A stretch of DNA of 64,000 nucleotides from NCBI RefSeq assembly GCF_009914755.1, contig NC_060926.1. One strand, given 5' to 3'. This document shows, piece after piece, positions 24,374 through 46,119 of the stretch. The translations under genes and the position numbers were made by a program. Position 1 is the first letter of the stretch. Every line of letters begins with the position of its first letter. The notes below the pieces were generated by a model. It was not told the DNA's origin, ran no database searches, and worked only from the letters and a program-made list of their open reading frames with translations. This DNA comes from the human T2T-CHM13v2.0 reference genome, Homo sapiens.

Positions 24374-24586
24374 CCAAGCCAAGTAACTCTCTTCCTTAGT
24401 AGATACAAAAACTTGAATTGAAAATAAGGTCATAATGGCAATTTCAACCGGACTTAACTTGAAGAACAGTATTTTATCGGTACCCAGCCATGCCATAGAC
24501 TTTTTTTCAAAGGAAAGGGGTTTCCTTCCAGGCAGTTTGTGCTGCAACACACCAGAAATAGGACAATTCCAGGCAACGTCCTCTCT
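24374..24586 (-). pseudogene. Candidate exon, copy 1 of duplicated unit
   Basis: Acceptor ttgtgttgtgtgtatgaaag|AGA (phase 0); 71 stop-free codons REDVAWNCPISGVLQHKLPGRKPLSFEKKSMAWLGTDKILFFKLSPVEIAIMTLFSIQVFVSTKEESYLAW. Confidence 0.45.
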
Positions 24587-26213
24587 CTTTCATACACACA
24601 CAACACAAGTCAAAGACCTAAACTGTTAACTGGCTGTATCAACCCAACACAAGCTTCAAGTAAATTTTTCTCAGACCTTGCACCTCAAGAAAAATACCCT
24701 CAAATTCACAATAATAAAAAGAAAAAGCAAAAAAATTACATTTTCTTTACTCTAAAGATAGAAAGATCAATCTGCTAGTGATAATACTGAGCTGTTATTT
24801 TGACAAATACAGACTTTAAAAGATAATTTCCCAACATTCAACTGTAGCCGGAGATAACAGAACTAAAATCCTTTCCCTAAACTCAGCAAGGTCCCTAAAA
24901 TGCTGCCTAGTTAGATTCAAAGAAAAAGGTTTCAATAAAAGTGAGACCAGTAAAGACAGACTGAACCCCAGAATGCTCAGAAACATGCAACTCAGTAGAT
25001 TTGCAGGAAAAGAAACCTCACTTAGGTAAAAAGATTAAAACTCCTATTTAGCAAACATTGGCTTTACTAGTACAAAATCCTTAGTAATCATTTCCCCTAA
25101 TCAAATGGATGTCCTGTTGCTGTGTAATCAATGATAATGGATGTATTCTGCAAACTGCAGTGTTTAGAAGCCTTTTCAAAGCAGGGAAGCCACACTGTCC
25201 TTTGCAGCCTCTCAGAGGAAAGCAGAGATAAAGAAAATGGCCATCTTCCTGACTCCAGGCTCTAAAGGCCAACAAAGCTCATTAGCTATTTATCTGTGTG
25301 CAGAGTCACATTAATCATGAGATACCATTCTACAAACATCACCCAAAGGGAGACATGCTGGGAAAGAAAAATCAGTTGAGAAAGCCAGACATTCAAACTT
25401 AAGACAGCATCAGAGCCAAAAGGAAAAAATTATGGGTGTAATTCATTTAGGTGTCACATTTTTATTAATTGCCTTTGCTATACCAGGCGCTACCTGTACT
25501 AAGGATATGAGTATAATAAAATTTAATCTTCACACCCAAAGATCTCCCAGTATAGAATGGGATGCAGAAATGTAAATAATTACAATTCAATGTTATAAAT
25601 TCCATGACAAAGATAAGCCATAGAGTTATGGGAGGATAAAACAGGCACCTCTAATCCTACATGACTCAGGATAAGCACATAGAGAAACTATTTTTAAATC
25701 CTTACTGGTAAACTGATCACCATGGTTTGCTTAGAAGGGGAAATATGTGACCAAAAGACAGAATTGGAGGGAGACTTATTTTCAACGTGTACATGCATTT
25801 TTGCAACTTTTGAAATGTGTACCCTTCACATACATCACCTATTCACAAATTAATTAATTAATTTTATATCAAATGGTGATTAAAATTGATTAAAAAAATT
25901 AATCCTTGTCCAGAGTGAAAAAGCAATAACTGTCTAATATCTGCTTATTCATAGTCGAGAAAAATAAGAATGCATTAGTACCCATGAATAAATAACAATG
26001 CATTTGAATTTTTATAAGCAAGTTTGAAATTCAAAAACCTTGCATCTTACAACAGGACACCAGGTTTCCATGCAATCAAGTCATGGACAAATATAATACA
26101 CTGCTGGTCATAGCGTAAGTTGATATAACCACTCAATAAAACAGTTGACTTTATCTAGCAAAGTTTAAGATATGCATAACTTAAGACCCAATTCTCATCC
26201 TAGATATACACTA

Positions 26214-26399
26214 TAGTGGTTCTCAATCTTTAATATGCATCACAAGCATCTGGAAGGCTACTTAAAACACAGATTGCTTGGCCCCACCTCCAGTGTTTCC
26301 AATGGAGTAGGTCTGGGGTGGGACCTGAGAATTTTCATTGCTAAGTTCCCAGGTGATATGAATGTTGTAGATTCAGATGCCACACTTTAAGAACCACTG
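26214..26399. mobile_element. MER5A DNA transposon
   Basis: Terminal inverted repeats (t)agtggttctcaa ... ttaagaaccactg with typical internal gtaggtctggggtggg; lies inside an old L1M fragment. Confidence 0.85.
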
Positions 26400-27487
26400 C
26401 TCTAGAGTAACTTATACACACATGCATCAGGACACATGAAAAAGGATGTGCACAGCAGCATTTTTCATAATGCCCCAAACTGTAGACAACCAAAATTACT
26501 ATCAATAGAATAATGCTCAAGTTGTGCTGAAATCATGCAATGGATTACCATACAGCAAAGAATATAAATTACAGCTGCAGGCAATAATAGGAATGATTCT
26601 CAAAAATATAATACAGTGCAAAAAGATGTAAGACACAGCATATTCAGTGTGACTTGATTTGTATAATGTCTCAAAATAGGCAAAATTAAACTCTATCATT
26701 TACAAACATAAATAATAAAACTATAATGCCAACCAAGTAAGTGATTATCACAAAGCTGACAATGCAATCCACTATGTCTTCATTTGGATAATGGTTATCC
26801 CAGTGTTAGGTTGATAATTATTTGTTAAATTGCACATATAAGTTTAATGCACTTTTCTGTCAGAATGCTATATTTACAATAAAAGTATGGAAAATGTATT
26901 CAAAGTGGAGAGATAATTAAAAATGGATGACTCAGAAAATGCTTCACAAAGATGCTAAGACGGAAGCTCTAGTGAAGGAAGTTTAAATCCTTTCAATGAA
27001 AAGAACACTAGATTTGATATTTAAAAATAGAGTTGTTAAAGAATTTCTAAAATCCTTATTCAGTTAATAAGGTAATTTTTTAATTACCCCAATTTTATAA
27101 AATTCAATGGAAGGTTTAATAAACATGTATCAATTCCATCCCACTACCAACTCAATACATACAAATTTTTAAAATAATCTATTTTATTACTGATTTTTGC
27201 ATTAAAAAAGGTTTGATTTATTATTACTAAATATGTTTTAATCCTAGAATTAGACTATTTTCTGTGTTGGGTAGGTTCTAGGTGTCAGATTGCAAATGGG
27301 AACATTATTTCTGGGATTGAGTCTTCTCAGAAAATAGTTACATTATCAACTAACGTTTTGTGATCCAACTTTTCTCAACACATCATCCTCTCTTCTTCCC
27401 CAGAAATTAGATAAGAACTCTTTTCCTTCTCAACACAGAATCATCACTTTAATCCATAAGAAGTTAAAGGTTTCTCCAAATATTTAC

Positions 27488-27583
27488 CTCTTCAGTCAAA
27501 ATTTTTGGGTGAATCAAAACACATCCCTTATATTTCTGTTTCATTTTGCTGAGTCATTTCCATTCTGCTTTCAGGACACCATC
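27488..27583 (-). pseudogene. Candidate exon of putative decayed gene
   Basis: Acceptor ttcttattttag|GAT, donor GAG|gtaaat; 96 nt; phase-0 frame DGVLKAEWK*LSKMKQKYKGCVLIHPKILTEE (single TGA). Confidence 0.5.
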
Positions 27584-27662
27584 CTAAAATAAGAATTGCT
27601 TTTCCTTTTGACTCATGTATCTACAGAACGATGCCTTTGTTATTTCTAAAGTTAATAATTAC

Positions 27663-27875
27663 CTCATTTTTCTAAAGGCTGAGAGGGTGAACCGCACAAC
27701 CGTTCTTCCACCATTCTCCAGTCTGCTCCTCCAAAAAAACTGTAAGTTGACCAGGAATCTAACAAAACTTCAGTCGTCAGTACATCTCCTCTCCTTAGGT
27801 GAGCTCCCACAAACCCACAATTATATCCCCCAGTTTGGATAGAAGAAAAATGATGATGATCATTTACATATCTAA
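27663..27875 (-). pseudogene. Candidate exon of putative decayed gene
   Basis: Acceptor ttctactttcag|TT, donor GAG|gtaatt; 213 nt; frame RYVNDHHHFSSIQTGGYNCGFVGAHLRRGDVLTTEVLLDSWSTYSFFGGADWRMVEERLCGSPSQPLEK open until a TGA 1 nt before the donor. Confidence 0.5.
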
Positions 27876-29541
27876 CTGAAAGTAGAAAGGCACTTAGTAA
27901 TGTGTTCAGGAAAATAACATTTGTGGCAGTCAATTACAGAATATAGTGATGTCTTGTAACTCCCTCACCCTACCCCCGACACATACACCAGATATCTCTA
28001 TGTGTTAGCCCCACAAAATAAAAATTTCTGTCTCTCCTATCTCTTTCTCATGTTTGCTTTCTTCCTTTACTCTGGATCGTTTTCTCCAAAACAACAAAAA
28101 TATCACTTATATTCTTTACCCCTTCTCCACCATAAAGCTTCTCTTAAACTACTTCACATCCAGTGCTGTTGACTTCTCTAAAATCCACCCCCAACTCAGC
28201 CTCCCTCACTCTCTGTGAAACTGTGTCTCCCTTCTCTGTTCCCACAGCTCCCCACCCAAGTGTCTCTTACAATACCTTTCCATGTATTGCAATGACTTAA
28301 TTATGTGCCTGTGGCTCCTAATGCTCCTTGAGGGAGTGATCATGTTTATTTTATCTCCAAATCTACACCTTACGTCATAACTGGTACTCAACAAATATGG
28401 CATTGAACTGAACTCTCCTTAACTTTTTCACCTTCATACAATCTTCTGAGAAAGGTAAGTGCGGACAGCAGACCTACTACATGTAAGGTACTTTGTTAGA
28501 GGCCTGGGGGATGCCTTCATGGAGACTTACAATCAAAATCACCACTAAATGAAGTCCAATTTAAGTGATGAAAAGCTTTATAAATGCTCTAATGGAATTA
28601 TGTACAAGAATGCAGAAGAGAGAAAAGCCTTTCTAAGTAATGAGCAGAATAGGATGGGGAAGGAAGTCTCCAAGCAGAAAGTGGTACTCCACAAATGGCA
28701 TTCTGACCTTCAGTCTTATTATCAAGGTATGAATTGCTTGGAATTATTTTGTATTTCTCACTTAATCCCTTATGGCCAATTGAAAACTCCCAAACATTCC
28801 ACTTTTGGTAATGGCCCCAAAAATCCATCATCTCTTTTGCAATTCCACTCCTACTGCCTCATTCATTACTTCTAACATGAAATGAAAAACTGTAATAACA
28901 TTTTAACTAACCTCTTCCGTCTTTCTTTGCCCCATCAATATATACTATGCATTCTTTCAGAATTAATCCCAATGTGGAATGTTAATCCTATCACTTCTCT
29001 GTACAAAAGCCTTTAATGACTCTCATTAGCTACTGAATTAATTTCTAGTTCTTCAGATCCAAGGCACAGCACAATGTGGCCAAAACCAATAATTGTAGCC
29101 TTATCTCCAGCCATTCCCTTACTTTGGCTCTGTGCTTTGGCCGATCTTGTCCATTCAGCATTCCCGAACATTCTTCCATCTTTCTGCTGCCTATTTCATT
29201 TCTCTTCTACTTGCTGTGCCTTCCCTGCTCATTTCCATTAGTCAAAATTCCAACCAGTTTCTAGAAATGGCTCAAGTGACTCAAGTGTCACTTGGTTGAT
29301 AAAGCTTCTATTGTTGGCTATTCTCCCTGAAAAGCAGTGTGATCTCTGCCATACTAAACACCCGGTGTCATCCTTTATAGCGTGTATTGTTTTCATAGCC
29401 CCTGTGGGCGCAAATTCAGAGAGCTAGATAAAGTCTCTCACACTCTACAAATTAGACCTCCTTCCCCAATCCTACCTCCCCATTATGTCTGGAATTGCTA
29501 TAACAGAGAATAAAATTTTTACTTGAGAATGAAGCACTTCA

Positions 29542-29943
<402 letters not shown>

Positions 29944-31365
29944 TTAAGCTAAGATAAACCTTTTACATTGTCATTTTAAGGTCATAATGACAACATCAGT
30001 AGGGAGATAGGATTTGGCTATATACATCTTTGATCCCCACAGTGCCCTATGCCAAATTGGCCACAAAAAGCTCCTGTCGAGGGAAAGGACACGGACCAAC
30101 ACTTCGTCATTAAAGACAAATTAGGTTGGCAGGCAAGAATTCTCTTGACTTTTGGCAAGCTCTAAGAAATATCAAAGATACCAAAGTCTAGCCTCCTGAG
30201 AGGTAGCAGCTAGGACCAGAGTGCAGAGTGGAGGACAGAGAAACTAAGGATTCTAGGCCTCCGCATTTCCTCTGGTGAGGCTGTGAGTAAGGGTGGCTGT
30301 CACTGTCAATCACACCTTACCAGACACACGACGTCAGAAACAAACTGAAAAATATAGAAGTCTTGGACCCCTTTCAAACCAATATTTCTTTCCTATGTGT
30401 TTAATATTTTTCTAGTGGGAACAAAGCAACAACGCATTTTGTACTACTAAGAACTATATGTAGAAACAGATTTAATTATTCATCCACTTCTAATGTCTGA
30501 AGAATATTTAATTTCTGAAAAATATTATCAAAACAGTACCTTCACTTTCTTGCAGTTCATGTCCTTGTAATTTTTTAAACCAGACACATCTTCAGAATCT
30601 TATTAAAGGTGTGGAATTTAGATAATACAGTAAGTCATTAATTCCCAATAAACAGAAGCATAGCCTGCATTATTGGCTTTCAAAACTCCAGCTGACTCGG
30701 AATGCCAAAGATGAATGCACGTGCATGTTGCACAACAATCAATGTGCTATTACCCCTTCTCCTACTTAAAGAGCGCAAGAAAATTTCCACTGGATAGCAT
30801 TTTTAATGTAAATGGGAGTGAGAAGAATTTACATTCAGCCCTTTTATTCTAGTGATGTTGAGCATTCTGTGTCTTATACACTAGTGCTCCAGAAAACTGC
30901 CCAGCTGATCTTCCCCATTAATGGGAGCACCTAAGCAGATATGAGTTGCTCTGTGTGTAGGCATTGAAGCCTCTCTCCTCTCCTCAGCTCTTTTCTAATC
31001 TCTCTATAAAGTAAAAAATTTGTTCCTTGTTACAACAATTTCATTCACCAATAGACTGTTAGGTACTGGGGAGGCCCTACATAACCTGTGCTCATCACTG
31101 CACTAATGCACGAGGCCAAGATAAGCCTAATGTTATGGAAACTCCTTTTTTAATATTTCTACATCTGTTCACATATATACATCATTGATTTAAAAAACCA
31201 CATATGTTGGAGAAAGGATAGAAATTATTTTGAAATGCCAGGACTTCCTGTCCAAGATATTAGATGTGCTATAAAGCCATCATTGTGTATTACAGAATGT
31301 CACAAAGTTATAATCCCAATCTAGTAAAGCTTTCTCATTTTATAGATTTAAAAAATCAAGTTTCA

Positions 31366-34300
31366 TCTCTTACTTCCTTGAGCAGTGGTTTGTAGTTCTT
31401 CTTGAAGAGGTCCTTCACATCCCTTGTAAGTTGTATTCCTAGGTATTTTATTCTCTTTGTAGCAAATGTGAATGGGAGTTCACTCAAGATTTGGCTCTCT
31501 GTTTGTCTGTTATTGGTGTATAGGAATGCTTGTGATTTTTGTACATTGATTTTGTATCCTGAGACTTTGCTTAAATTGCCTATCAGCTTAAGAAGATTTT
31601 GGGCTGAGAAAATGGGGTTTTCTAAATATACAATCATGTAATCTGAAAACAGAGACGATTTGACTTCCTTTCTTCCTATTTGAATACCCTTTATTTCTTT
31701 CTCTTGCCTGATTGCCCTGGCCAGAACTTCCAATACTATGTTGAATAGGAGTGGTGAGAGAGAGCATCCTTGTCTTGTGCCAGTTTTCAGAGGGAATGCT
31801 TCCAGCTTTTGCCCATTCAGTATGATATTGGCTGTGGGTTTGTCATAAATAGCTCTTAGTATTTTGAGATAAACTCCATCAATACCTAGTTTATTGAGAG
31901 TTTTTAGCATGAAGGGGTGTTGAATTTTATCAAAGGCCTTTTCTGCATCTATTGAGATGATCATGTGGTTTTTGTCATTGGTTCTGTTTATGTGATGGGT
32001 TATGTTTATTGATTTGTGTATGTTGAACCAGCCTTGCATCCCAGGGATGAAGCCAGCTTGATCGTGGTGGATAAGCTCTTCGAAGTGCTGCTGGATTCTG
32101 TTTGCCAGTATTTTATTGAGGATTTTTGCATCAATATTCATCAGGGATATTGGCCTGAAATTTTCGTTTTTTGTTGTGTCTCTGCCAGGTTTTGGTATCA
32201 GGATGATGCTGGCCTCATAAAATGAGTTAAGGAGGAGTCCCTCTTTTTCTATTGTTTGGAATGGTTTCAGGAGGAATGGTACCAGCTCTTCTCAGTACCT
32301 CTGGTAGAATTCGGCTGTGAATCTGGTCCTTGGCTTTTTTTGGTTAGTAGGCTATTAATTATTGCCTCAATTTCAGAACTTGTTATTGGTCTATTCAGGG
32401 ATTTGACTTCTTCCTGGTTTAGTCATGGGAGGGTGTATGTGTTCAGGAATTTATCCATATCTTCTAGATTTTCTAGTTTGTTTGCGTAGAGGTGTTTATA
32501 GTATTCTCTGATGGTAGTTTGTATTTCTGTGGGATCAGTGGTGATATCCCCTTCATCACTTTTATTGTGTCTATTTGATTCTTCTCTCTTTTCTTCTTTA
32601 TTAGTCCGGCTAGTGGTCTATCTATTTTGTTAATCTTTTCAGAAAACCAGCTCCTGGTTTCCTTGATTTTTTGAAGGGTTTTTCGTGCCTCTATCTCCTT
32701 CAGTTCTGCTATGATTTTAGTTATTTCTTGTCTTCTGCTAGCTTTTGAATTTGTTTGCTCTTGCTTCTCTAGTTCTTTTAATTGTGATGTTAGGGTGTTG
32801 ATTTTAGATCATTCCCACTTTCTCCTGTGGGCATTTAGTGCTATAAATTTCCCTCTAAACACTGCTTTATCTGTGTCCCAGAGATTCTGGTACATTGTGT
32901 CTTTGTTCTCATTGGTTTCAAATAACTTATTTATTTCTGCCTTAATTTCGTTATTTACCCAGTAGCCATTCAGGAGTAGGTTGTTCAGTTTCCATGTAGT
33001 TGTGCGGTTTTGAGTGAGTTTCTTAATCTTGAGTTCTACTTTGATTGCAATGTGGTCTGAGAGACTGTTGGTTATGATTTCCGTTTTTTGCATTTGCTGA
33101 GGAGAGTTTTACTTCCAATCATGTGGTCAATTTTAGAATAAGTGCTATGAGGTGCTGAGAACAATGTATATTCTGTTGATTTGGGATGGAGAGTTCTGTA
33201 GATGTCTATTAGGTCTGCTTGGACATAAACAAATGTAAAAATCATTCCATGCTCATGGATAGGAAGAATCAATATCATAAAAATAACCATACTGCCCAAA
33301 GTAATTTACAGTTTCAATGCTGTTTCCATCAAGCTACCATTGACTTTCTTCACAGAATTAGAAAAAACTACTTTAAACCAAAAAAGTGGAACCAAAAAAG
33401 AGCCATATAGCCAAGAAAATCCTAAGCAAAAAGAACAAAGCTGGAGACATTATGCTACTTGACTTCAAACTACACTACAAGGCTACAGTAACAAAAACAG
33501 CATGGTACTAGTGCCAAAACAGATATATTGACCAATGGAACAAAACAGAGGCCTCAGAAATAACACCACACATCTACAACCATCTGATCTTTGACAAACC
33601 TGACAAAAGCAAGAAATGGGGAAAGGATTCCCTATTTAATAAATGGTGTTGGGAAAACTGGCTAGCCATATGCAGAAAACTGAAACTGGACCCCTTCCTT
33701 ACACCTTATACAAAAATTAACTCAAAATGGATTAAAGATTTAAACATAAGACCTAAGACCATAAAAACCTTAGAAGAAAATCTAGGCGATACCATTCAGG
33801 ACATAGGCATGAGCAAAGACTTCATGACTAAAACACCAAAAGCAATGGCAACAAAAGCCAAAATTGACAAATGGGATCTAATTAAACTAAAGAGCTTCTG
33901 CACAGCAAAAGAAACTATCATCAGAGTGAAGAGGCAACCTATAGAATGGGAGAAAATTTTTGCAATCTATTCATCTGACAAAGGGCTTATATCCAGAATC
34001 TACAAGGAACTTAAACAAATTTACAAGAGAAAAACAAACAACTCCATCAAAAAGTGGGTGAAGGATATGAACAGACACTTCTCAAAGGAAGACATTTATG
34101 CAGCCAACAAACATATGAAAAGAAGCTCATCATCACTGGCCATCAGAGAAATGCAAAGAAAAACCACAATGAGATAGCATCTCATGCCAGTTAGAATGGT
34201 GATCATTAAAAAGTTGGGAAACAACAGATGCTGGAGAGGATGTGGAGAAATAGGAATGCTTTTATACTGTTGGTAGGAGTATAAATTAGTTCAACCATTG

Positions 34301-34890
34301 TGGAAGACAGTGTGGCGATTCCTCAAGGATCTAGAACTACAAATACAATTTTACCCAGCAATCCCATTACTGGGTATATATCCAAAGGATTATAAATCAC
34401 TCTACTATAAAGACACATGCACATGTATGTTTAGTGTGGCACTATTCATAATAGCAAAGACTTGGAACCAACTCAAATGCCCATCAATGATAGACTGGAT
34501 AAAGAAAATGTGGCACATATACACCATGGAATACTATGCAGCCATAAAAAAGGATGAGCTCATGTCCTTTGCAGGGACATGGATGAAGCTGGAAACCATC
34601 ATTCTCAGCAAACTAACACAGGAACAGAAAACCAAACACCTCATATTCTCACTCATAGGTGGGAGTTGAACAATAAGAACACACATGGACACTGGGAGGG
34701 GAACATCACACACCAGGGCCTGTCAGATGGTAGAGGGCTGTGGAGGGATAGCATTAGAAGAAATACCTAATGTAGATGACGGGTTGATGGGTGCAGCAAA
34801 CCACCATGGCACATGTATACCTATGTAACAAACCTGTACATTCTGCACATGTATCCCAGAACTTAAAGTATCATAATAATAATAAAAAAA
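31366..34890 (+). mobile_element. 5'-truncated, 5'-inverted L1PA (approx. L1PA7-age)
   Basis: ORF2 RT region on minus (31366-33222) fused to ORF2 3' end, 3'UTR and A tail on plus (33221-34890); 16-bp TSD AAAAAATCAAGTTTCA at 31350-31365 and 34885-34900, TT/AAAA endonuclease site. Confidence 0.93.
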
Positions 34891-35277
34891 TCAAGTTTCA
34901 GATGGAGAAAGACACAGTCAGCAGTTAACACAATGAGTTAACAATTAAGCTGATCTCAGGGTTTCAGAGTTTCATTTTCTCCTGGGCAGCATGTACATGA
35001 TCAAGAAATCTATTGGTAGACCAGGAGACTGTCTTTCTGGCATAAATTAAGAAATTTATTCTTCTCCCATCACAGACTATTGCCTAAAATGTCCCCATAA
35101 ATTTCTGAGTGATAACAGAAAAGAAAAGGTGATGGTCCTATATATTTCTGATTGCATACATTTTAGATTCTTAGATTTTTTTTTAGATATTAAACTTTTG
35201 AAACAGGCAGAGAAGCATAAACACCTTTGGAAGCTGAGGAGCTGGGGTAAGTAGGATCGGAGACATAAGAAGCTCAG

Positions 35278-35648
35278 TGCTATGATCTGAATGTGTTCCC
35301 CAAAAGTCATACATTAGAACTTAAGCCCCAATATGATAGTATTAAGAGGTAGAGGCTTAGAAGGTGATTAAGTCATGAGGGCAGAGCATTCACGAAAGAG
35401 ATTAGAGACCTTATAAAAGGACTGGAGGGAACTAGCCAGGCCCTCTGCCCTCTGCCTTCTACCACATGAGGATGTAGAAACAAGGCATCATCTTGGATGC
35501 AGAGATGTGGCCCTCAGCAGACACGGAATGCGTGGATACCTTGATCTTGGGCTTCCAGACTTAAGAATTTTGAGAAACAAATTTTCTGTTTTTTATAAAG
35601 TATTTAATCTTAAGTATTTTGTTGTACCAGCAGGAACAGAGAAAGACA
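35278..35648 (+). mobile_element. MaLR solo LTR (MSTD/MLT1A-like)
   Basis: tgctatgatctgaatgtg...gaaagaca; near-perfect TSD ctcag/cttag. Confidence 0.75.
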
Positions 35649-35697
35649 CTTAGAAAAAAAAAAAAGATTGGCAAACACTAGAAACAGGTTTACCTAC

Positions 35698-35847
35698 TTC
35701 ACAATTGACAATGGGGAAGGTAGCTTTCTATGTGCATGTAAATCCCAGCTGGCTTCACAGTGACCCTCTGTGAAGATGGAAAACAGAGCTATTTGTCTGT
35801 ACTTAGTCCAGATGGATGGAAGTCTGTGGATAAACATCCAACCATTC
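35698..35847 (-). pseudogene. Candidate exon of putative decayed gene
   Basis: Strong acceptor tttttctgcctctctttag|G, donor AA|gtaggt; 150 nt, open in phase 2 (NGWMFIHRLPSIWTKYRQIALFSIFTEGHCEASWDLHAHRKLPSPLSIV), compatible with the phase-2 end of 45085-45248. Confidence 0.45.
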
Positions 35848-36832
35848 CTAAAGAGAGGCAGAAAAATGTGTTGGCAGGAACTTAGTGTCTGGAGACAAGG
35901 ACCCACAATTTGGCTTTACTACTTAACAGTTTCTCAATTTTGGCATGTGAGTGTGTATCATTTTAGTTTAATTTTCTAATAATAAATCTTCTGCAATCTT
36001 TGATCAGTAGAAAGCCAGTGACTACTTTCTAGGTAATTGCTTTCTTTAGTAATAAACATAATAAATGCCATTGATTTTTCTGTTTACAACTGTAGCTTTA
36101 TTCTATAAGATTTTATATGTAGCACTGTCATTATTAATTTCTAAACGGAATGTAATTGTGGTTTTGATGTATTCTCTTGCCAAGTGTTATTTGGAAGAGT
36201 TGGTTTTGTTTGGGTATGGTTTATCAATCTTGGACACTGGAATTTTGGGTTAACTTCTGTTACTGTTTCTCGTTTTATTTCATTGTGACCAGAGGGTTTG
36301 ACTTATACAAATTATATTTTTTCCCACTTAGGAGCTCTTGAGTGTTAAAATTGTTCCTTATTCAATGAAGAGGAGGAGGAGCTATATTCTTCTTCTGGAT
36401 CTCTTGGAAACTGGTCCAGAATTAGTGAGTGAAAAGTAATGCTCAGAATTTACCATTACAAATGGGAATGTGCCACAAACATCTTAACCCTACCAACATT
36501 TCCTTGAGCCATTTGCTTTGGGTTGTAGACTAGAAGGCTGTTAAAATGGAAGAAGGATTTCTACAGAATAAAATAACTGGACTTATCTTTTAAAAACTTG
36601 CCTGACAGCAAAATTCCTTTAGCAATGAAAATGCTGGATGCTTTATAAATTCTGATTATTTAAAACTTTAAACATCTGTGTAGAACCATGCCAATAATGT
36701 CACATGTTGATGTGACTGCACTATATTCACATTCTTTTGTTTATGAAACACTAAAATAATTTATGATTTTTTTCAGCATTGCTCCCTCTTTGTCGTTTCT
36801 GTTTATTTTTTTAACCTCCCATAGATTTTTGG

Positions 36833-44787
<7,955 letters not shown>

Positions 44788-45084
44788 TCTCTTTCTTTTT
44801 TATTAGATTTTCTTTTTCTCTTTCATAGTTTATTTGATGCTGAATACCCTGTCCTCCATCCTGCCTTTTTCAAATAACTTCTGAAGCAGCATCTCTCAAA
44901 ACCAAGCAACTTCCTCACAGGCTTCTCTAGCTACATATTTATGTGGGCCACCTTTCATCTGAGCAGCTCAGGCTGTCTCAAAGACGTAAACTCATGGCTG
45001 TTCTGGGACACATTCAGTAAGTCATAATTACACCCACTCTGAACGGAGAACTGCTCAGAATGCCAATGACTAATGGAAACTTAC

Positions 45085-45248
45085 CCAAGAAACTGGACAA
45101 ACTTGGATTGAAATTCAGAGTCTCTAACCTCAATGGCCCAGACTTCTGCATTAGACATTACAATGTTCTTTACTATGGCTTTCAGTCATCTTTTCCTTTA
45201 AGTTTACAATCATCAATTTTCAAGATGGCAGAAGTCATAATCCTTAAT
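45085..45248 (-). pseudogene. Candidate exon of putative decayed gene (weaker)
   Basis: Long pyrimidine tract then aaag|ATT; donor TGG|gtaagt; 164 nt, phase 0 to 2; reads IKDYDFCHLEN, a cluster of 5 stops, then LKAIVKNIVMSNAEVWAIEVRDSEFQSKFVQFL. Confidence 0.3.
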
Positions 45249-45985
45249 CTTTGTTATTTAAAAAAAGAAGGAAAGGAAGAAAGAAAGACAGAGCTCCAGA
45301 AAAGGTAAGTGGTGTAGCCAAGTAACAAGAGCTTGAAGCAGAGTAGGACTAAAATCCTAGTGTCTGACCCTGGTCCAGGGTTTCTCTGCTATTGCTGTTG
45401 GGTGTGTAATTTGCTTCATGTGCCCATGCTCTTTTTTGTGTATTTTTTTAACCATCCTCCTCTTTTTTTCTCTCATTCTTTTCTCTCGTACTCTGTCAAA
45501 CTGTTCTACACAGGAATATGTTTCTTTTATTTTGCATCTACAGCATATAATGCAATGTAAATTCAAACTAATTATATGCAAAGGCCATCCTAAATTACCA
45601 AAAAGATGTGGTAGAATCGCTTTAAAGAAATTCAGTTTTGCTCTGCTTAGACCCATAGGTAATTCAAAGTAGACTTTCAAAATGCTCCCTAAGAGAGAGA
45701 GAGCTTTGATATAAGGTCTTAGAGATGACCACATTTTAACCACAAACCATAAGTATGGCTAAAATGCTAGGTCTGCATTTCTAATAATATTGTGACTCAC
45801 ATGCATAGTAATGACAACATTACTGTTTCATTTTACAGTTAACAAAATGCCTTCCATACTTTATGCCATTTGAATCTCAAGCTCCCATATCAAGAGAGGA
45901 AAAGGCATCATTAATCCTATTTTACATACATACAAACTAAATGTCCATGAGGATAAATGATTTGTTAAAAACTAGACAACCAACA

Positions 45986-46119
45986 GCACAAAGAAATGAT
46001 AAATATTTGAGGTGATGGACATCCCAATTATCCTGATTTGACCATTACACATTGTATACATTTATCAAATTACTACATGCATCCCATAAAAATGTGCAAC
46101 TATTTTGAATCAATTTAGA
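45986..46119 (+). mobile_element. Short L1MA 3'-end fragment
   Basis: aaagaaatgataaatatttgaggtgatggacatcccaattatcctgatttgaccattacacattg; imperfect TSD aaaactagacaaccaa / aaaacagactaccaa. Confidence 0.75.
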
